A stretch of 64,000 nt of DNA from a virus. The stretch lies in the IMG/VR virus record IMGVR_UViG_3300045988_045464, positions 1 to 64,000 of that record; one strand, written 5' to 3'. Positions 20,315-29,501 of this stretch are shown piece by piece (the first letter of the stretch is position 1; every line of letters begins with the position of its first letter). Both the position numbers and the translations under genes were made by a program. The notes beneath the pieces were generated by a model. That model saw nothing but the letters and a program-made list of their open reading frames with translations, was not told the origin of the DNA and searched no databases.

Positions 20315-20573
20315 TCAGCCTCTTCTTGAGTTCCTTCTTAGCCTTTCTGGGCAACTTAGGATACTCTGCATATAAATCCTGTTCAGCGGCTCTGCTTGCT
20401 TCACTTAATTGCTCAAGTAAAGCATTAACATCTTCGTTAGTTTTGTAATCCTTAAGAAGGACTCTAACTAATGTGGGACGTTTCACCATTTCTCGCATTC
20501 CAGATTCGTACACTCTACAAATTTGGTTTCTACTTAACGTAGACACTCTCCTTAATTTCACTTTAAACTTCAT
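20250..20573 (-). CDS. hypothetical protein
   Basis: 107-aa ORF. Confidence 0.4.
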   Translation of the reverse strand: MKFKVKLRRVSTLSRNQICRVYESGMREMVKRPTLVRVLLKDYKTNEDVNALLEQLSEASRAAEQDLYAEYPKLPRKAKKELKKRLNAVNNAYCIGITLLLAESDGL

Positions 20574-20592
20574 AGTACATTCAAATTAGTTG

Positions 20593-20678
20593 AGGAAGCA
20601 GAGGGATTCGAACCCCCGGACCCCGAAGGGCCTCTGGTTTTCAAGACCAGTGCAATCGACCAACTCTGCCATACTTCC
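20593..20678 (-). tRNA. tRNA-Ser (anticodon TGA)
   Basis: Acceptor ggaagta/tgcttcc; anticodon stem ctggt/accag with loop ctTGAaa; long variable arm aggcccttcggggtcc; T arm ggggg-TTCGAAT-ccctc. Confidence 0.8.
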
Positions 20679-20690
20679 ATTAATAATAAG

Positions 20691-20765
20691 CACGCCCTGC
20701 ACGACTCGAACATGCAACACACCCAGTTTTGGAGACAGGGGCTCTACCGATTGAGCTAAGGACGC
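20691..20765 (-). tRNA. tRNA-Trp (anticodon CCA)
   Basis: Acceptor gcgtcct/agggcgt with two G·U pairs; anticodon stem cctgt/actgg with one U·U mismatch and loop ctCCAaa; T arm gcatg-TTCGAGT-cgtgc. Confidence 0.55.
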
Positions 20766-20879
20766 ATCAATTTTAGATTGTGGAATCTTTAAAGATGTAA
20801 TACAATACTACTAGCACTATAGCTCCCACAATGTAAGCACCAAAACTATGCATAATCTTATAATTTAATGTTAATAATG

Positions 20880-20951
20880 CGGCAAGTGCAGGACTCGAAC
20901 CTGCGACCAATTGGTTAACAGCCAACTGCTCTACCACTGAGCTAACTTGCC
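20880..20951 (-). tRNA. tRNA-Asn (anticodon GTT)
   Basis: Acceptor ggcaagt/acttgcc; anticodon stem gttgg/ccaat with loop ctGTTaa; T arm gcagg-TTCGAGT-cctgc. Confidence 0.8.
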
Positions 20952-21205
20952 ATAATGTTTAATTGACCTATCCCGATTGCATCGGAGTTAATCCCTATGG
21001 TAAGGAACTACTCCTGTTGGTGTCCAAGCATAGCTATTTGCAGCTATTCTAAAATACCAACGAACTGCTTTCTTAATTAACTTAAATAGTCTCATAATAC
21101 ATCAGTTTTAGTCAATAAATAAGTAATCTAAATAAACCACTCTATCTTCACAGACTGAGTGGTCAAACTCGTTCTTTGACATCATGTACAATCTTAGTAC
21201 ATATG

Positions 21206-21279
21206 TGACTCCGCTGCGATTCGAACGCAGGACCCCGATATTAAAAGTATCGTGCTCTAACCAGCTGAGCTACGGAATC
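21206..21279 (-). tRNA. tRNA-Lys (anticodon TTT)
   Basis: Acceptor gattccg/cggagtc; anticodon stem cgata/tatcg with loop ctTTTaa; T arm ctgcg-TTCGAAT-cgcag. Confidence 0.8.
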
Positions 21280-21362
21280 ATCCGCAGAAGGCGCGTTATC
21301 AAAAACATGTAAACTGTACAATGATTAGTGCTGTACGCCTTCTTATGTTTCACTAAATCGAG

Positions 21363-21434
21363 AGTGGGCTGACGGAATCGAACCGTCCTAACTGGTTTTG
21401 CGGACCAGCCCCTAAACCTCTCGGGCAAGCCCAC
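21363..21434 (-). tRNA. tRNA-Cys (anticodon GCA), tentative
   Basis: Acceptor gtgggct/agcccac; anticodon stem ctggt/accag with loop ccGCAaa (C33 is unusual); T arm gacgg-TTCGATT-ccgtc. Confidence 0.5.
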
Positions 21435-21659
21435 GTATCAATATGACTTATGGGCTTAACTATGAAACAGGTTAATCAAATCATAAATTAAAAGTTGTTG
21501 GGTTGATTGTTGAGTTGATTTGATGATTGTTTAGTGAAACTATATATTATTGTGTTAATTATGGTTCTTATTAAAACTACTCTATTCTCACGAACTGAGT
21601 AGTTGTCCATATTTATATTTATGGGATTATCAGCATCCTCTCTTGGATGCCACGGGGAG

Positions 21660-21734
21660 TCGAGATGGTGTGATTCGAACACACGAGTAATCCTGCTCCC
21701 AAAGCAGGCCGGGTGACCACTCCCGAACATCTCG
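21660..21734 (-). tRNA. tRNA-Pro (anticodon TGG)
   Basis: C1:G72 start (cgagatg/catctcg), as in bacterial tRNA-Pro; anticodon stem cctgc/gcagg with loop ttTGGga; T arm gtgtg-TTCGAAT-cacac. Confidence 0.7.
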
Positions 21735-21836
21735 AACTACAGAAGTCTCTTAGTTTAATTAAAATCATAAAATATGAAACACTTTCTTTCGTGCTGTAAG
21801 ACTTCTTATTCAAAGCTATTGAAAATTGTTGTATTG

Positions 21837-21910
21837 TGGGTATGCCTGGAATTGAACCAGGGACCTCATCCTTATCAGAGATGTGCTCTAACCAACTGAG
21901 CTACACACCC
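21837..21910 (-). tRNA. tRNA-Ile (anticodon GAT)
   Basis: Acceptor gggtgtg/cataccc; anticodon stem catct/ggatg with loop ctGATaa; T arm cctgg-TTCAATT-ccagg. Confidence 0.8.
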
Positions 21911-22011
21911 ATCATCAGAAGACAATAGATTCATTTACTTATGCCAACATACAGGAAATTGCTGTGTGTCTTCTTAACATTCTGAAAATGCAAATGTACA
22001 ATGATTGTAGT

Positions 22012-22088
22012 TGCGGAGATGGGAGTCGAACCCAATATAACTAGCTTATGAGACTAGTATGATTTATATATCCGTTTCATTCCTCCGC
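22012..22088 (-). tRNA. tRNA with CAT anticodon (third copy) and an unusually large AT-rich D loop
   Basis: Acceptor gcggagg/tctccgc; anticodon stem ctagt/gctag with loop ctCATaa; T arm ttggg-TTCGACT-cccat; 3-bp D stem with a 14-nt D loop. Confidence 0.5.
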
Positions 22089-22091
22089 AAG

Positions 22092-22163
22092 TGCCCCATG
22101 TTGGACTCGAACCAACGCCATACAAGTTTAGAATTTGCTCTTCTACCACTGAAGTAATGGGGC
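22092..22163 (-). tRNA. candidate suppressor tRNA (anticodon CTA, reads UAG), tentative
   Basis: Acceptor gccccat/atggggc pairs 7/7; D arm cttc-agtggta-gaag; anticodon stem gcaaa/cttgt (G·U plus a 31-39 A·C mismatch) with loop ttCTAaa; T arm gttgg-TTCGAGT-ccaac. Confidence 0.45.
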
Positions 22164-22200
22164 GACAGAGGGTTTTACGAGATTACCCACAACTCATCAA

Positions 22201-22518
22201 CTATTCGATAATTTGATTCCACTGTTCAAGTGTAAGTTCCTTGACTACTATGCCATTTAGTTCAAATGGAGTATATTGGTTTCCATTCTCTTCTACAAGG
22301 ATTAACCATTCGTAGCCACGTTGCTTGCTATGAGTTCTAATAATCTCCTTAATGGTTTCGATGCCAAAAGGAGTTAGAATCTTCTGCCCTTCTCTGTAAA
22401 GATACCTCTTGTTGAGGTCTTTTAAATCCTCTAATGTGGTTAAATGAGGATTAGGGTTCTTAGTGATAACTACATGGTCATCTCCTACACTAACATAATA
22501 ATCTCGATTGTATATCAT
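22201..22518 (-). CDS. hypothetical protein
   Basis: 105-aa ORF. Confidence 0.45.
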   Translation of the reverse strand: MIYNRDYYVSVGDDHVVITKNPNPHLTTLEDLKDLNKRYLYREGQKILTPFGIETIKEIIRTHSKQRGYEWLILVEENGNQYTPFELNGIVVKELTLEQWNQIIE

Positions 22519-22817
22519 TCTCTTACTAATTTAAGTTTCTTGAACATGCGACCGTCATCTTGTAATGCGATTGCTGTTAATTGATTGCCAAGGTCTGGTT
22601 CATAGAATGAAGAATAGTCCTTATTAACTAAGTCCAGTCTTACTTTCCATTTGTCCAAGTCAGCATATAAGTAGATTAAGTAGTTATTATTCCAATCCTG
22701 CTTAGGATGTTCTAATAACCACTGTGCTACTGCATGACCTCCTTGTACACAACCATAAACTGCATCAAGCTTCTGGTCTATCAGCACATACAATCTCTTC
22801 ATCAGAATATGTATCAA
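22515..22817 (-). CDS. putative PTH2-like peptidyl-tRNA hydrolase
   Basis: N-terminal KRLYVLIDQKLD...GCVQGGHAVAQW resembles the PTH2 signature (VVRTDL...GKIAAQCAHA). Confidence 0.4.
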   Translation of the reverse strand: MIHILMKRLYVLIDQKLDAVYGCVQGGHAVAQWLLEHPKQDWNNNYLIYLYADLDKWKVRLDLVNKDYSSFYEPDLGNQLTAIALQDDGRMFKKLKLVRE

Positions 22818-23103
22818 TCAGTGAATCAACTCTTTCTCGGAAATACTTCTCTCCACTATACATCTTAGAATAACCACACCAACCTTGAGTTTCAAGTGAT
22901 TTCCATTCTTTGATAACTTTAGCTAGATACTCATTCATAGCTTCTCCGATTAGTTTATGCTTTAATATGTAATAAGCTACATACATTGCATGTAATCTTC
23001 CTCTGTTGTAATAAACTGATGAGCAGTCATTAATATTCTTAGCTGCTTTCTGTGCTTTTACTAAATTCGCGATTTCTTGTTTAAATTGTTTAATTGTTGC
23101 CAT
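22765..23103 (-). CDS. hypothetical protein
   Basis: 112-aa ORF. Confidence 0.45.
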   Translation of the reverse strand: MATIKQFKQEIANLVKAQKAAKNINDCSSVYYNRGRLHAMYVAYYILKHKLIGEAMNEYLAKVIKEWKSLETQGWCGYSKMYSGEKYFRERVDSLIDTYSDEEIVCADRPEA

Positions 23104-23192
23104 GATAGTTAATTGTTAATAAGTTAATAAATAAATTGCCTTAATTAATAATCAACTATCTTATGGTGGCTTGTAAGTAATCTACCGCATAA

Positions 23193-23489
23193 TCATTTCC
23201 CTTTAATTTGTTTACACATGTTAATAAACTCATCATCCGATTCACATATAATCGGATTCGTTTCCTTGAGATACATCTCCAGATAGGCTTCTTTAGACAA
23301 ATCGTCCACGTCATCCGGATACACACCATGTACATCATATGACATATGAGAACCCCAGCAACTAAGCCAATCAGCATCCTCAAATGTAGTACATATACAC
23401 ACACTTAACCCAGCATCCTCTAGTTTCTTACGAAGTTCTGGAGTATTCTTCTTAATAAGACAGTGTTCACTCATGGATTTAATACACAT
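23193..23489 (-). CDS. hypothetical protein
   Basis: 98-aa ORF. Confidence 0.4.
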   Translation of the reverse strand: MCIKSMSEHCLIKKNTPELRKKLEDAGLSVCICTTFEDADWLSCWGSHMSYDVHGVYPDDVDDLSKEAYLEMYLKETNPIICESDDEFINMCKQIKGK

Positions 23490-23809
23490 AAACCACCTTT
23501 TTCGGAATCTCTAAGCACATACTTAATACCTGGAATACCAGGACCTGATACCTTATAAATGGTTAGTTCGTTAATAAATTCATACTGCACTCTGTTGATT
23601 TTATAATCTCCATTAGTAGCAGCAGACTCATTAATTGATGCTTTACTTGTGGTTGCAAATAATGCCAAGAAGGTAAATACTCCACATAATCCACCAATAA
23701 CACCTGCCTTAAATGATGTCTCTTTCATAATCTCATCTATTATTAATAATGAGCGGGATAACAGAATTGAACTGTCATCTTCAGCTTGGAAGGCTGTTAT
23801 AATAACCAT
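23471..23809 (-). CDS. hypothetical membrane protein
   Basis: 112-aa ORF with a central transmembrane helix (GVIGGLCGVFTFLALFA). Confidence 0.4.
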   Translation of the reverse strand: MVIITAFQAEDDSSILLSRSLLIIDEIMKETSFKAGVIGGLCGVFTFLALFATTSKASINESAATNGDYKINRVQYEFINELTIYKVSGPGIPGIKYVLRDSEKGGLCVLNP

Positions 23810-23910
23810 TATACGAATCCCGCAGTTTACTTCTACTATTCTCTCGAACCATAGAAGGGTTTGTCGAGTTTGACCTCAACAGATATTGTATTTAATTATC
23901 GCAGTGTGAG

Positions 23911-23994
23911 TGGGCGCGGGAAGACTCGAACTTCCAGAGTCGTTAGACACGAAATTTACAGTTTCGCCCGCTACCAATTACGGTTTACGCACCC
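23911..23994 (-). tRNA. tRNA-Tyr (anticodon GTA)
   Basis: Acceptor gggtgcg/cgcgccc; anticodon stem cgaaa/tttcg with loop ctGTAaa; long variable arm; T arm ggaag-TTCGAGT-cttcc. Confidence 0.8.
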
Positions 23995-23998
23995 GTTG

Positions 23999-24400
23999 TC
24001 AATGCAATGTTACACGATAAGGTAGATACCTCTCTCCGAGAGCTACAGAACTTACAGCACTAATCTCTGACTTTGGAATTGAATAACAATCCCCACTATC
24101 AGTTAAAGCAAACAGTAAATCTGACGAGTTCTCACTAAAGTCCTTACATTTCCCAGTACCACTACGATTACCGCCTATGGTTCTAAGGCTAACTATGTAG
24201 TTACCACTGGGTGAAATGGACTTAGTAGTTTTAACTTGTACCTTAAACAATCTAGTTCCGTTATCAACTACTAGGTCGTAGTCTTGAGAATCTGTGACAG
24301 GGACTGAAACTGTCCATCCCAGTTTAGCATAGTACGCCATTGCGTAGCACATGCCAATGTCACCTTGCTTCTTGGAATTAATTGCGTTATCAAATAGCAT
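23999..24400 (-). CDS. small PD-(D/E)XK-type nuclease-like protein
   Basis: D...DYDLVVDNG...KVQVKT fits the PD-(D/E)XK catalytic arrangement. It lies 4 nt from tRNA-Tyr. Confidence 0.45.
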   Translation of the reverse strand: MLFDNAINSKKQGDIGMCYAMAYYAKLGWTVSVPVTDSQDYDLVVDNGTRLFKVQVKTTKSISPSGNYIVSLRTIGGNRSGTGKCKDFSENSSDLLFALTDSGDCYSIPKSEISAVSSVALGERYLPYRVTLH

Positions 24401-24659
24401 AAAACATTGTCCTCACACAATCCATATTAACTGTGAATTGTGAGTGCAAAGGTAATGAATCTTTCCCACATATAAAAGTTAATATGTATTAAATACGATA
24501 GAAGTTTGCTCGGTATTAAACTAAGCTCACATATTCTCTCGAACCGATGAGCTTAGTAGTTATTCAACAATTGCAGATACTTTAACTCGTAATAATGACT
24601 ATGAGTCGAGATAGAAATGACACTGCATATGTTGAAAGAATCATATTAATAAAATGGTG

Positions 24660-24733
24660 TAGAGATAACCAGATTCGAACTGATGTTCTTCTAAAGATTG
24701 ACTTTAGCTGTTCTACCACTGAACTATATCTCT
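24660..24733 (-). tRNA. tRNA of undetermined identity (unusual anticodon loop gtCAAtc)
   Basis: Acceptor agagata/tatctct; canonical D arm gttc-agtggta-gaac; T arm atcag-TTCGAAT-ctggt. The anticodon arm is ctaaa/tttag with a non-canonical loop (G32, U37). Confidence 0.5.
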
Positions 24734-24896
24734 ATCCAGTCCCTATGGAATCATCCAATAAATTCCCACCTAGTATCACTAGATATGCACAAAGATTACT
24801 ATACCAAATATGCGCTCTTCTCCATGCATAATGAAATCTATCTTCTATCCAATCAGAACATTAATTCAACTATTAAATAAACGGTGCGCGAAATAC

Positions 24897-26591
24897 TTAG
24901 GCCTTCACAGGCTTCTTCTGCACGCTTGCATTCTTCTTGACAACATCCTTCTCTAGAATCATCATATTAAGCAACTCTTGATTCATAGCATGCTTAAAAA
25001 TGTCTCTGGTGGTTTTAGGCACCTGGAACCTCTTCTCTCCAGTAATAAATGAGGATGTTGAATTATTAAGTCCATTTACTAAGAAGCAATTTGACACTCC
25101 TGGAACCAAAGCTACATTAGGTCTTCCTTTATATGCTAAAGGAACTCTCCAAATAATAACTTTGAACGCCCTTACAAATTCCTTACTGAAATTTGCTTTA
25201 AGCAATCTCTGTTTAAATTCCACGAATGCTTGGTTGTTCAACTTGGTAAAATATGTATGGTTAGTAATTACCACACAACCTCTAGGGAACTCTCCTTCAT
25301 CTACACCATAATCTTCTTTCATTTTACACAGCATTTCTGCTATATTAATAATAGAAGGATTCTGGCATAATGCTTCTTCTTTGTCAGATTTCCATTTCTC
25401 AATGACATTCTGACCTTTGAACTTACGTAGAACCATGTTATCTTCTAACACGGCATAGGAGTTTTTGAATATTGTAGGAAGTAGTTCAGAGTGATATAAA
25501 GCATATACTTTACCCAAACTGTAAGCAGATGTTTCGCTATTCTCTATCTCACCATTAGCAGAATGGCTTATATCTCTTACTACCAACAACGGAGCTACTC
25601 TATTGCGTTTAGCATTATCAACGAATACGTTGAAACTTGCATTAATAGAAGTTTCCATAAATTCTGGAATCTCTTCGGCAATTTTATCCAATCCATATGG
25701 TTTGAATAGAGTATGTAGAAATCCGCTATTAGAGGGCTTCTTACGGTTCTTCAACCAGTTCTGATACTTCTCTTTAAGACCTTGATGTTTGAGGAATTTA
25801 GAGCCTACTAGCTGTGCCAGCGCCTTTCCAGTAACAGTGTCAAAATCAATTTCCAAGAATTTCTTTTGACTGATTAACTGTTGCCATTGGGCTGCTTTCC
25901 CGCTATTCTTTATCTTCCTATATTTACGATAGGTTGAATAGTCTCCTTCATCCTTAGGTTTACCATAAAGGCCTTCCGCCAAGAATTTGGCTACTGTGTT
26001 ACGTGCTTTTGCCTCATCTGTCTTACATGCAACACTGGAACGAACACGGGGAAGATACTTCTTTACTAAATCACATGTCTGACCGTTGGCAAGACCTGCG
26101 AATATGACTTTCTTGAAGAAGTCCCAATCCAATCTGTGCTTAAAGCCATGGAGTTGAACATCTAAAGCCATCATAGTAATGAAATCTTTCCAGCATCCAG
26201 CTGCTGCAAAATAAGCAATGTTGGCATGGAATGTGGGTTTGTGATAGATTGCCAACCACAACATTCTCATTATACCTTCATTCTTCAAACCTTCTCCTTG
26301 CTGTGTATCAAGTTGTATAACTCCTTCCGGGGTAGTTATTCTACATTTACGAGTTATCATTCTCGTATATGCAGTAAACTTAGTACATAGTAATGGATTA
26401 GCTTTCCATAAAGGATACATATCTTTAGCCACTTGCACGTAGGTACGTGGCTGAAGACATTTCTTAAGATTAACAAACTGGTCTATGAATAACTGATTAT
26501 TATCCACAAACTTAGGTTTATTCTCATCCCGCCTTTGACGTGCGGCATTAGGGTAAGGCCTCCTTGGCCTTTGTGCTCCTTTCATTTCCAT
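24897..26591 (-). CDS. large hypothetical protein (564 aa)
   Basis: Long ORF with a basic N-terminus; no confident motif. Confidence 0.6.
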   Translation of the reverse strand: MEMKGAQRPRRPYPNAARQRRDENKPKFVDNNQLFIDQFVNLKKCLQPRTYVQVAKDMYPLWKANPLLCTKFTAYTRMITRKCRITTPEGVIQLDTQQGEGLKNEGIMRMLWLAIYHKPTFHANIAYFAAAGCWKDFITMMALDVQLHGFKHRLDWDFFKKVIFAGLANGQTCDLVKKYLPRVRSSVACKTDEAKARNTVAKFLAEGLYGKPKDEGDYSTYRKYRKIKNSGKAAQWQQLISQKKFLEIDFDTVTGKALAQLVGSKFLKHQGLKEKYQNWLKNRKKPSNSGFLHTLFKPYGLDKIAEEIPEFMETSINASFNVFVDNAKRNRVAPLLVVRDISHSANGEIENSETSAYSLGKVYALYHSELLPTIFKNSYAVLEDNMVLRKFKGQNVIEKWKSDKEEALCQNPSIINIAEMLCKMKEDYGVDEGEFPRGCVVITNHTYFTKLNNQAFVEFKQRLLKANFSKEFVRAFKVIIWRVPLAYKGRPNVALVPGVSNCFLVNGLNNSTSSFITGEKRFQVPKTTRDIFKHAMNQELLNMMILEKDVVKKNASVQKKPVKA

Positions 26592-26971
26592 CTCTTTGTT
26601 TAAATTTATTGTTATGAGAGTCTTTCTTTATTCTAAACAATAAACAAGCGGCATTACGGCAATCGGACATGCGTTAATCCGCTCGCCACTTACAGACCGT
26701 AATGCACACTTGACCAGGCAGGAAAGAGGTTTGCTTGGTGACCTATCTGCATGCTGATTATATAATGCAGACCGTGTAGATTCTCTCTTACACAATATCT
26801 ATAGTAGATTTGCACTACTGTTTTCTGATGCTTAATCAGGCGAACTCCTACTGTTCGAATAGATACAGGTTTCAACTCTTTGATATAGCCTTTAAGTCAT
26901 AGACACACTCCGGAGTATGTCTACTGGTTCTTCAGACCAAGTTTTGCTACCACCATTCGTCAATAGTGGAT

Positions 26972-27667
26972 TTACGGTATCAGATAGTCCACACGAAGGT
27001 CTACCGTCTCTTCGTTTGCTTCTAACACCACAGTCGTCGAAAGAATGTCAGGATTGTCAGCCGTAGTTATCATACTCACAATATCATGTGGGGATTCCAA
27101 GTATAAATAACCTCTACCGTCCCAAGCTGGAACATATCCGCCTCGTAGAATGTTTCGAGACGGAATAGACTTATAATAATAGTGTGCTGGCCGGTAGTGA
27201 GCGAATGATACATTAATAGCTGATTGGTGTGTGCCTATGGTAAAACCACCTAAGACTGTTGCCAGTCTCATCACCTTACTAACATATTTTGAATCGCCTA
27301 CTACATCTAGTCTTATGTTCAAGCCTGGATAGTAGAATTTAGCAACTCTCCTGCTTATATCCTTCAACGTTTGAAGAGATTGAAATTCAGCAACATCAAC
27401 ATAGTCTTTCTCCGATTCAGAACTACCGAAGATACAATTAATTGGTATTGGCTGATTGGCTTCAATACATTCTTCCAAAATAGTGATTGCTTCGGACGGA
27501 ATAGCTTCATTACCAAGTCTGATTCTCTTAGTCCCATATAAGATATGAGCTATAATCTGACTAAGTGGCAATGATAATTTCTCCTTAGCAAAGTTGCTTT
27601 CCAAATCATATAGATATTGGCAAATATGTGCACTGAATGGCGTGTTCCCTTGTACTGTAAACTTCAT
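26972..27667 (-). CDS. hypothetical protein
   Basis: 231-aa ORF. Confidence 0.5.
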   Translation of the reverse strand: MKFTVQGNTPFSAHICQYLYDLESNFAKEKLSLPLSQIIAHILYGTKRIRLGNEAIPSEAITILEECIEANQPIPINCIFGSSESEKDYVDVAEFQSLQTLKDISRRVAKFYYPGLNIRLDVVGDSKYVSKVMRLATVLGGFTIGTHQSAINVSFAHYRPAHYYYKSIPSRNILRGGYVPAWDGRGYLYLESPHDIVSMITTADNPDILSTTVVLEANEETVDLRVDYLIP

Positions 27668-28161
27668 ACTATCTGTTCAACTGTTATTAATTTAGTGATT
27701 CTGTAACCTCTTGATTTCAGGAATCTGATTGCTTCCATTTCAGCTTGTGTAATAGGAATCAGATGTTTGTCTTCTTCCGCTTCTGTAACAGCTTCCATTT
27801 CAGCTTGTGGCTTAGGTTTGGGAGGTGCTACATAAGTGCCAGCTTTAATAGCCATTCTCTTAGCATATGCATCTCTCTGTATCTTAGCCATTTCTTTCCT
27901 ACTGATAGTTATCAATTCAATGACTCTAGTCTTATACAAAGGGCCATGTTCTTTCCACATAAATCCTTTAGTATAGATAGCACCGTCAGGTTCAATCACT
28001 CCCTGCTTACGCAAAACAGCCATGAAGTTCTCTGGCCTTGGGAAGCCATTCTTCTTCAAATCCTTGACTACATCTGTAATCTTAAAAGGCCCAGGATTCA
28101 TTGCCTTTACCGTGTTAAAAATCCGAACGATGTCATCGTCGGATATTGACCTCTTTCCCAT
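27664..28161 (-). CDS. hypothetical protein with internal PxQAEMEA(V/I) repeat
   Basis: 165-aa ORF; stop and start overlap with the downstream gene (operon-like). Confidence 0.5.
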   Translation of the reverse strand: MGKRSISDDDIVRIFNTVKAMNPGPFKITDVVKDLKKNGFPRPENFMAVLRKQGVIEPDGAIYTKGFMWKEHGPLYKTRVIELITISRKEMAKIQRDAYAKRMAIKAGTYVAPPKPKPQAEMEAVTEAEEDKHLIPITQAEMEAIRFLKSRGYRITKLITVEQIV

Positions 28162-28187
28162 AATTTCAATAACTTTTAGTGAAACAA

Positions 28188-28469
28188 TTACTCTTTATAT
28201 ATTCTAATTCGAGATTTACGTAGATGTACACGCATTCGTTTAACCTCGGACAGAATCCAATTACGTCTGCATTGATGTAACCATGCAATTACATCTTCGT
28301 CAAATAATAATTCTTGACCACAGTAGTATGTGCCACTGTAGTAAGTATCAAGCTTTGGTCTTAATATGTCATGAGGACTATCAGTAACTATGTATTGATA
28401 ATCCTCACCTCTTATTAATTTCAGCTTCTTTGACTCCTTGCGAAGTTTCTTTAATAACCTTGCTTTCAT
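28188..28469 (-). CDS. hypothetical basic protein
   Basis: 93-aa ORF. Confidence 0.4.
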   Translation of the reverse strand: MKARLLKKLRKESKKLKLIRGEDYQYIVTDSPHDILRPKLDTYYSGTYYCGQELLFDEDVIAWLHQCRRNWILSEVKRMRVHLRKSRIRIYKE

Positions 28470-28819
28470 TTTAATAGTTCCAATTTAGCTACGTCCTTAT
28501 CATGCCATATCCCAATCCAGAAGTTGTCTACAAAGTTCCTATGATTCATGATGGTATAATTAAGCCTTAAGATATCACTAGATATAAGATAGTAATTCTT
28601 CCTATCAGTAGCCTCCAATGTTTCTTTGAGCACTGCGTGCTTGCCAATAATTTGAATATTCCTTGTAATAGCGAATGGTAATGAAATCGCTGCCCCAACT
28701 GTTGCTATTGAGAATACAACCTCAACTGCCACTGCAACTCCTCTTAGGTCTTCAGACCCTACTCGCGAAAGACATACACAAATAAGTAAAACAATCACTG
28801 CAATAATAAATAATCCCAT
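28466..28819 (-). CDS. hypothetical membrane protein
   Basis: 117-aa ORF with two transmembrane helices. Confidence 0.4.
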   Translation of the reverse strand: MGLFIIAVIVLLICVCLSRVGSEDLRGVAVAVEVVFSIATVGAAISLPFAITRNIQIIGKHAVLKETLEATDRKNYYLISSDILRLNYTIMNHRNFVDNFWIGIWHDKDVAKLELLK

Positions 28820-28847
28820 AAAATTGATATTTAAACGTTAATAATAG

Positions 28848-28905
28848 TGGACCATCGCGGACTCGAACCGCGGTCTTCACAACTCTAAATAATAAGATTA
28901 CGTGT
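28848..28905 (-). other. orphan tRNA 3' half (T arm plus acceptor 3' strand) with no adjacent 5' half
   Basis: cgcgg-TTCGAGT-ccgcg followed by atggtcc and a discriminator. No complementary 5' acceptor strand lies within 100 nt. Confidence 0.4.
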
Positions 28906-29501
28906 GTCTCTATTTTATTACATCAGCTGTTGAGTTCAGCATGTAGGTAGTTTTACTAAGAAGCCGAGTGTTAATTCACCAATTACGTCTCCCTCGTAGG
29001 GCTACGACTTAGTTGTTCACAAACTACCAAACTGGGCTTGACCGAACGGTCGCTCCACCACTCCATTTACGTTGGAGAACGTTTCTATTTGTAACCCATA
29101 GATAGGTAGTGGAGATTTCAGCTTTACTAACCTTTGGCTTTCAAGTTAAGTGGGCTGCCCTATATGCTTCTTCCCACACCTCTTCTGTTTCTAGGTCTCT
29201 CCAATTAACCCGACTTAATCAATGACGTCCACTAATTAAGCCAGCAGCTTAGGCTGCCATTCTGTAAGTAGTGTTTCCACTTAAATTGCCGTATCATTAT
29301 TAAAGAGTTGGTACGAACTCTACACGTCTTACTACCCAGTCATCATGAATCAATTCCATGTATGGCCCATAAGTGGCATGATTATACTCTCATGCCAGGA
29401 GTCTCATTTAAAATAATGAATATAGCAGCCAGTATCCTCCTGTGCCACATTAAGTGGCGTACCCATTATGGACTTGGCAGCTTACGAGTTATTTGTTCCA
29501 T

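Noticed and set aside
21488-21813. Two minus-strand ORFs of 80 and 64 aa
   Set aside because: Both span tRNA-Pro, tRNA-Cys and their spacers, and have no coding-like composition.
24595-24880. Plus-strand ORFs of 78 and 60 aa
   Set aside because: They overlap the tRNA at 24660..24733 and an ORF-free spacer.
26855-26875. GTTCGAAT T-loop-like motif on the + strand
   Set aside because: No pairing T stem, acceptor or anticodon arm could be built around it.
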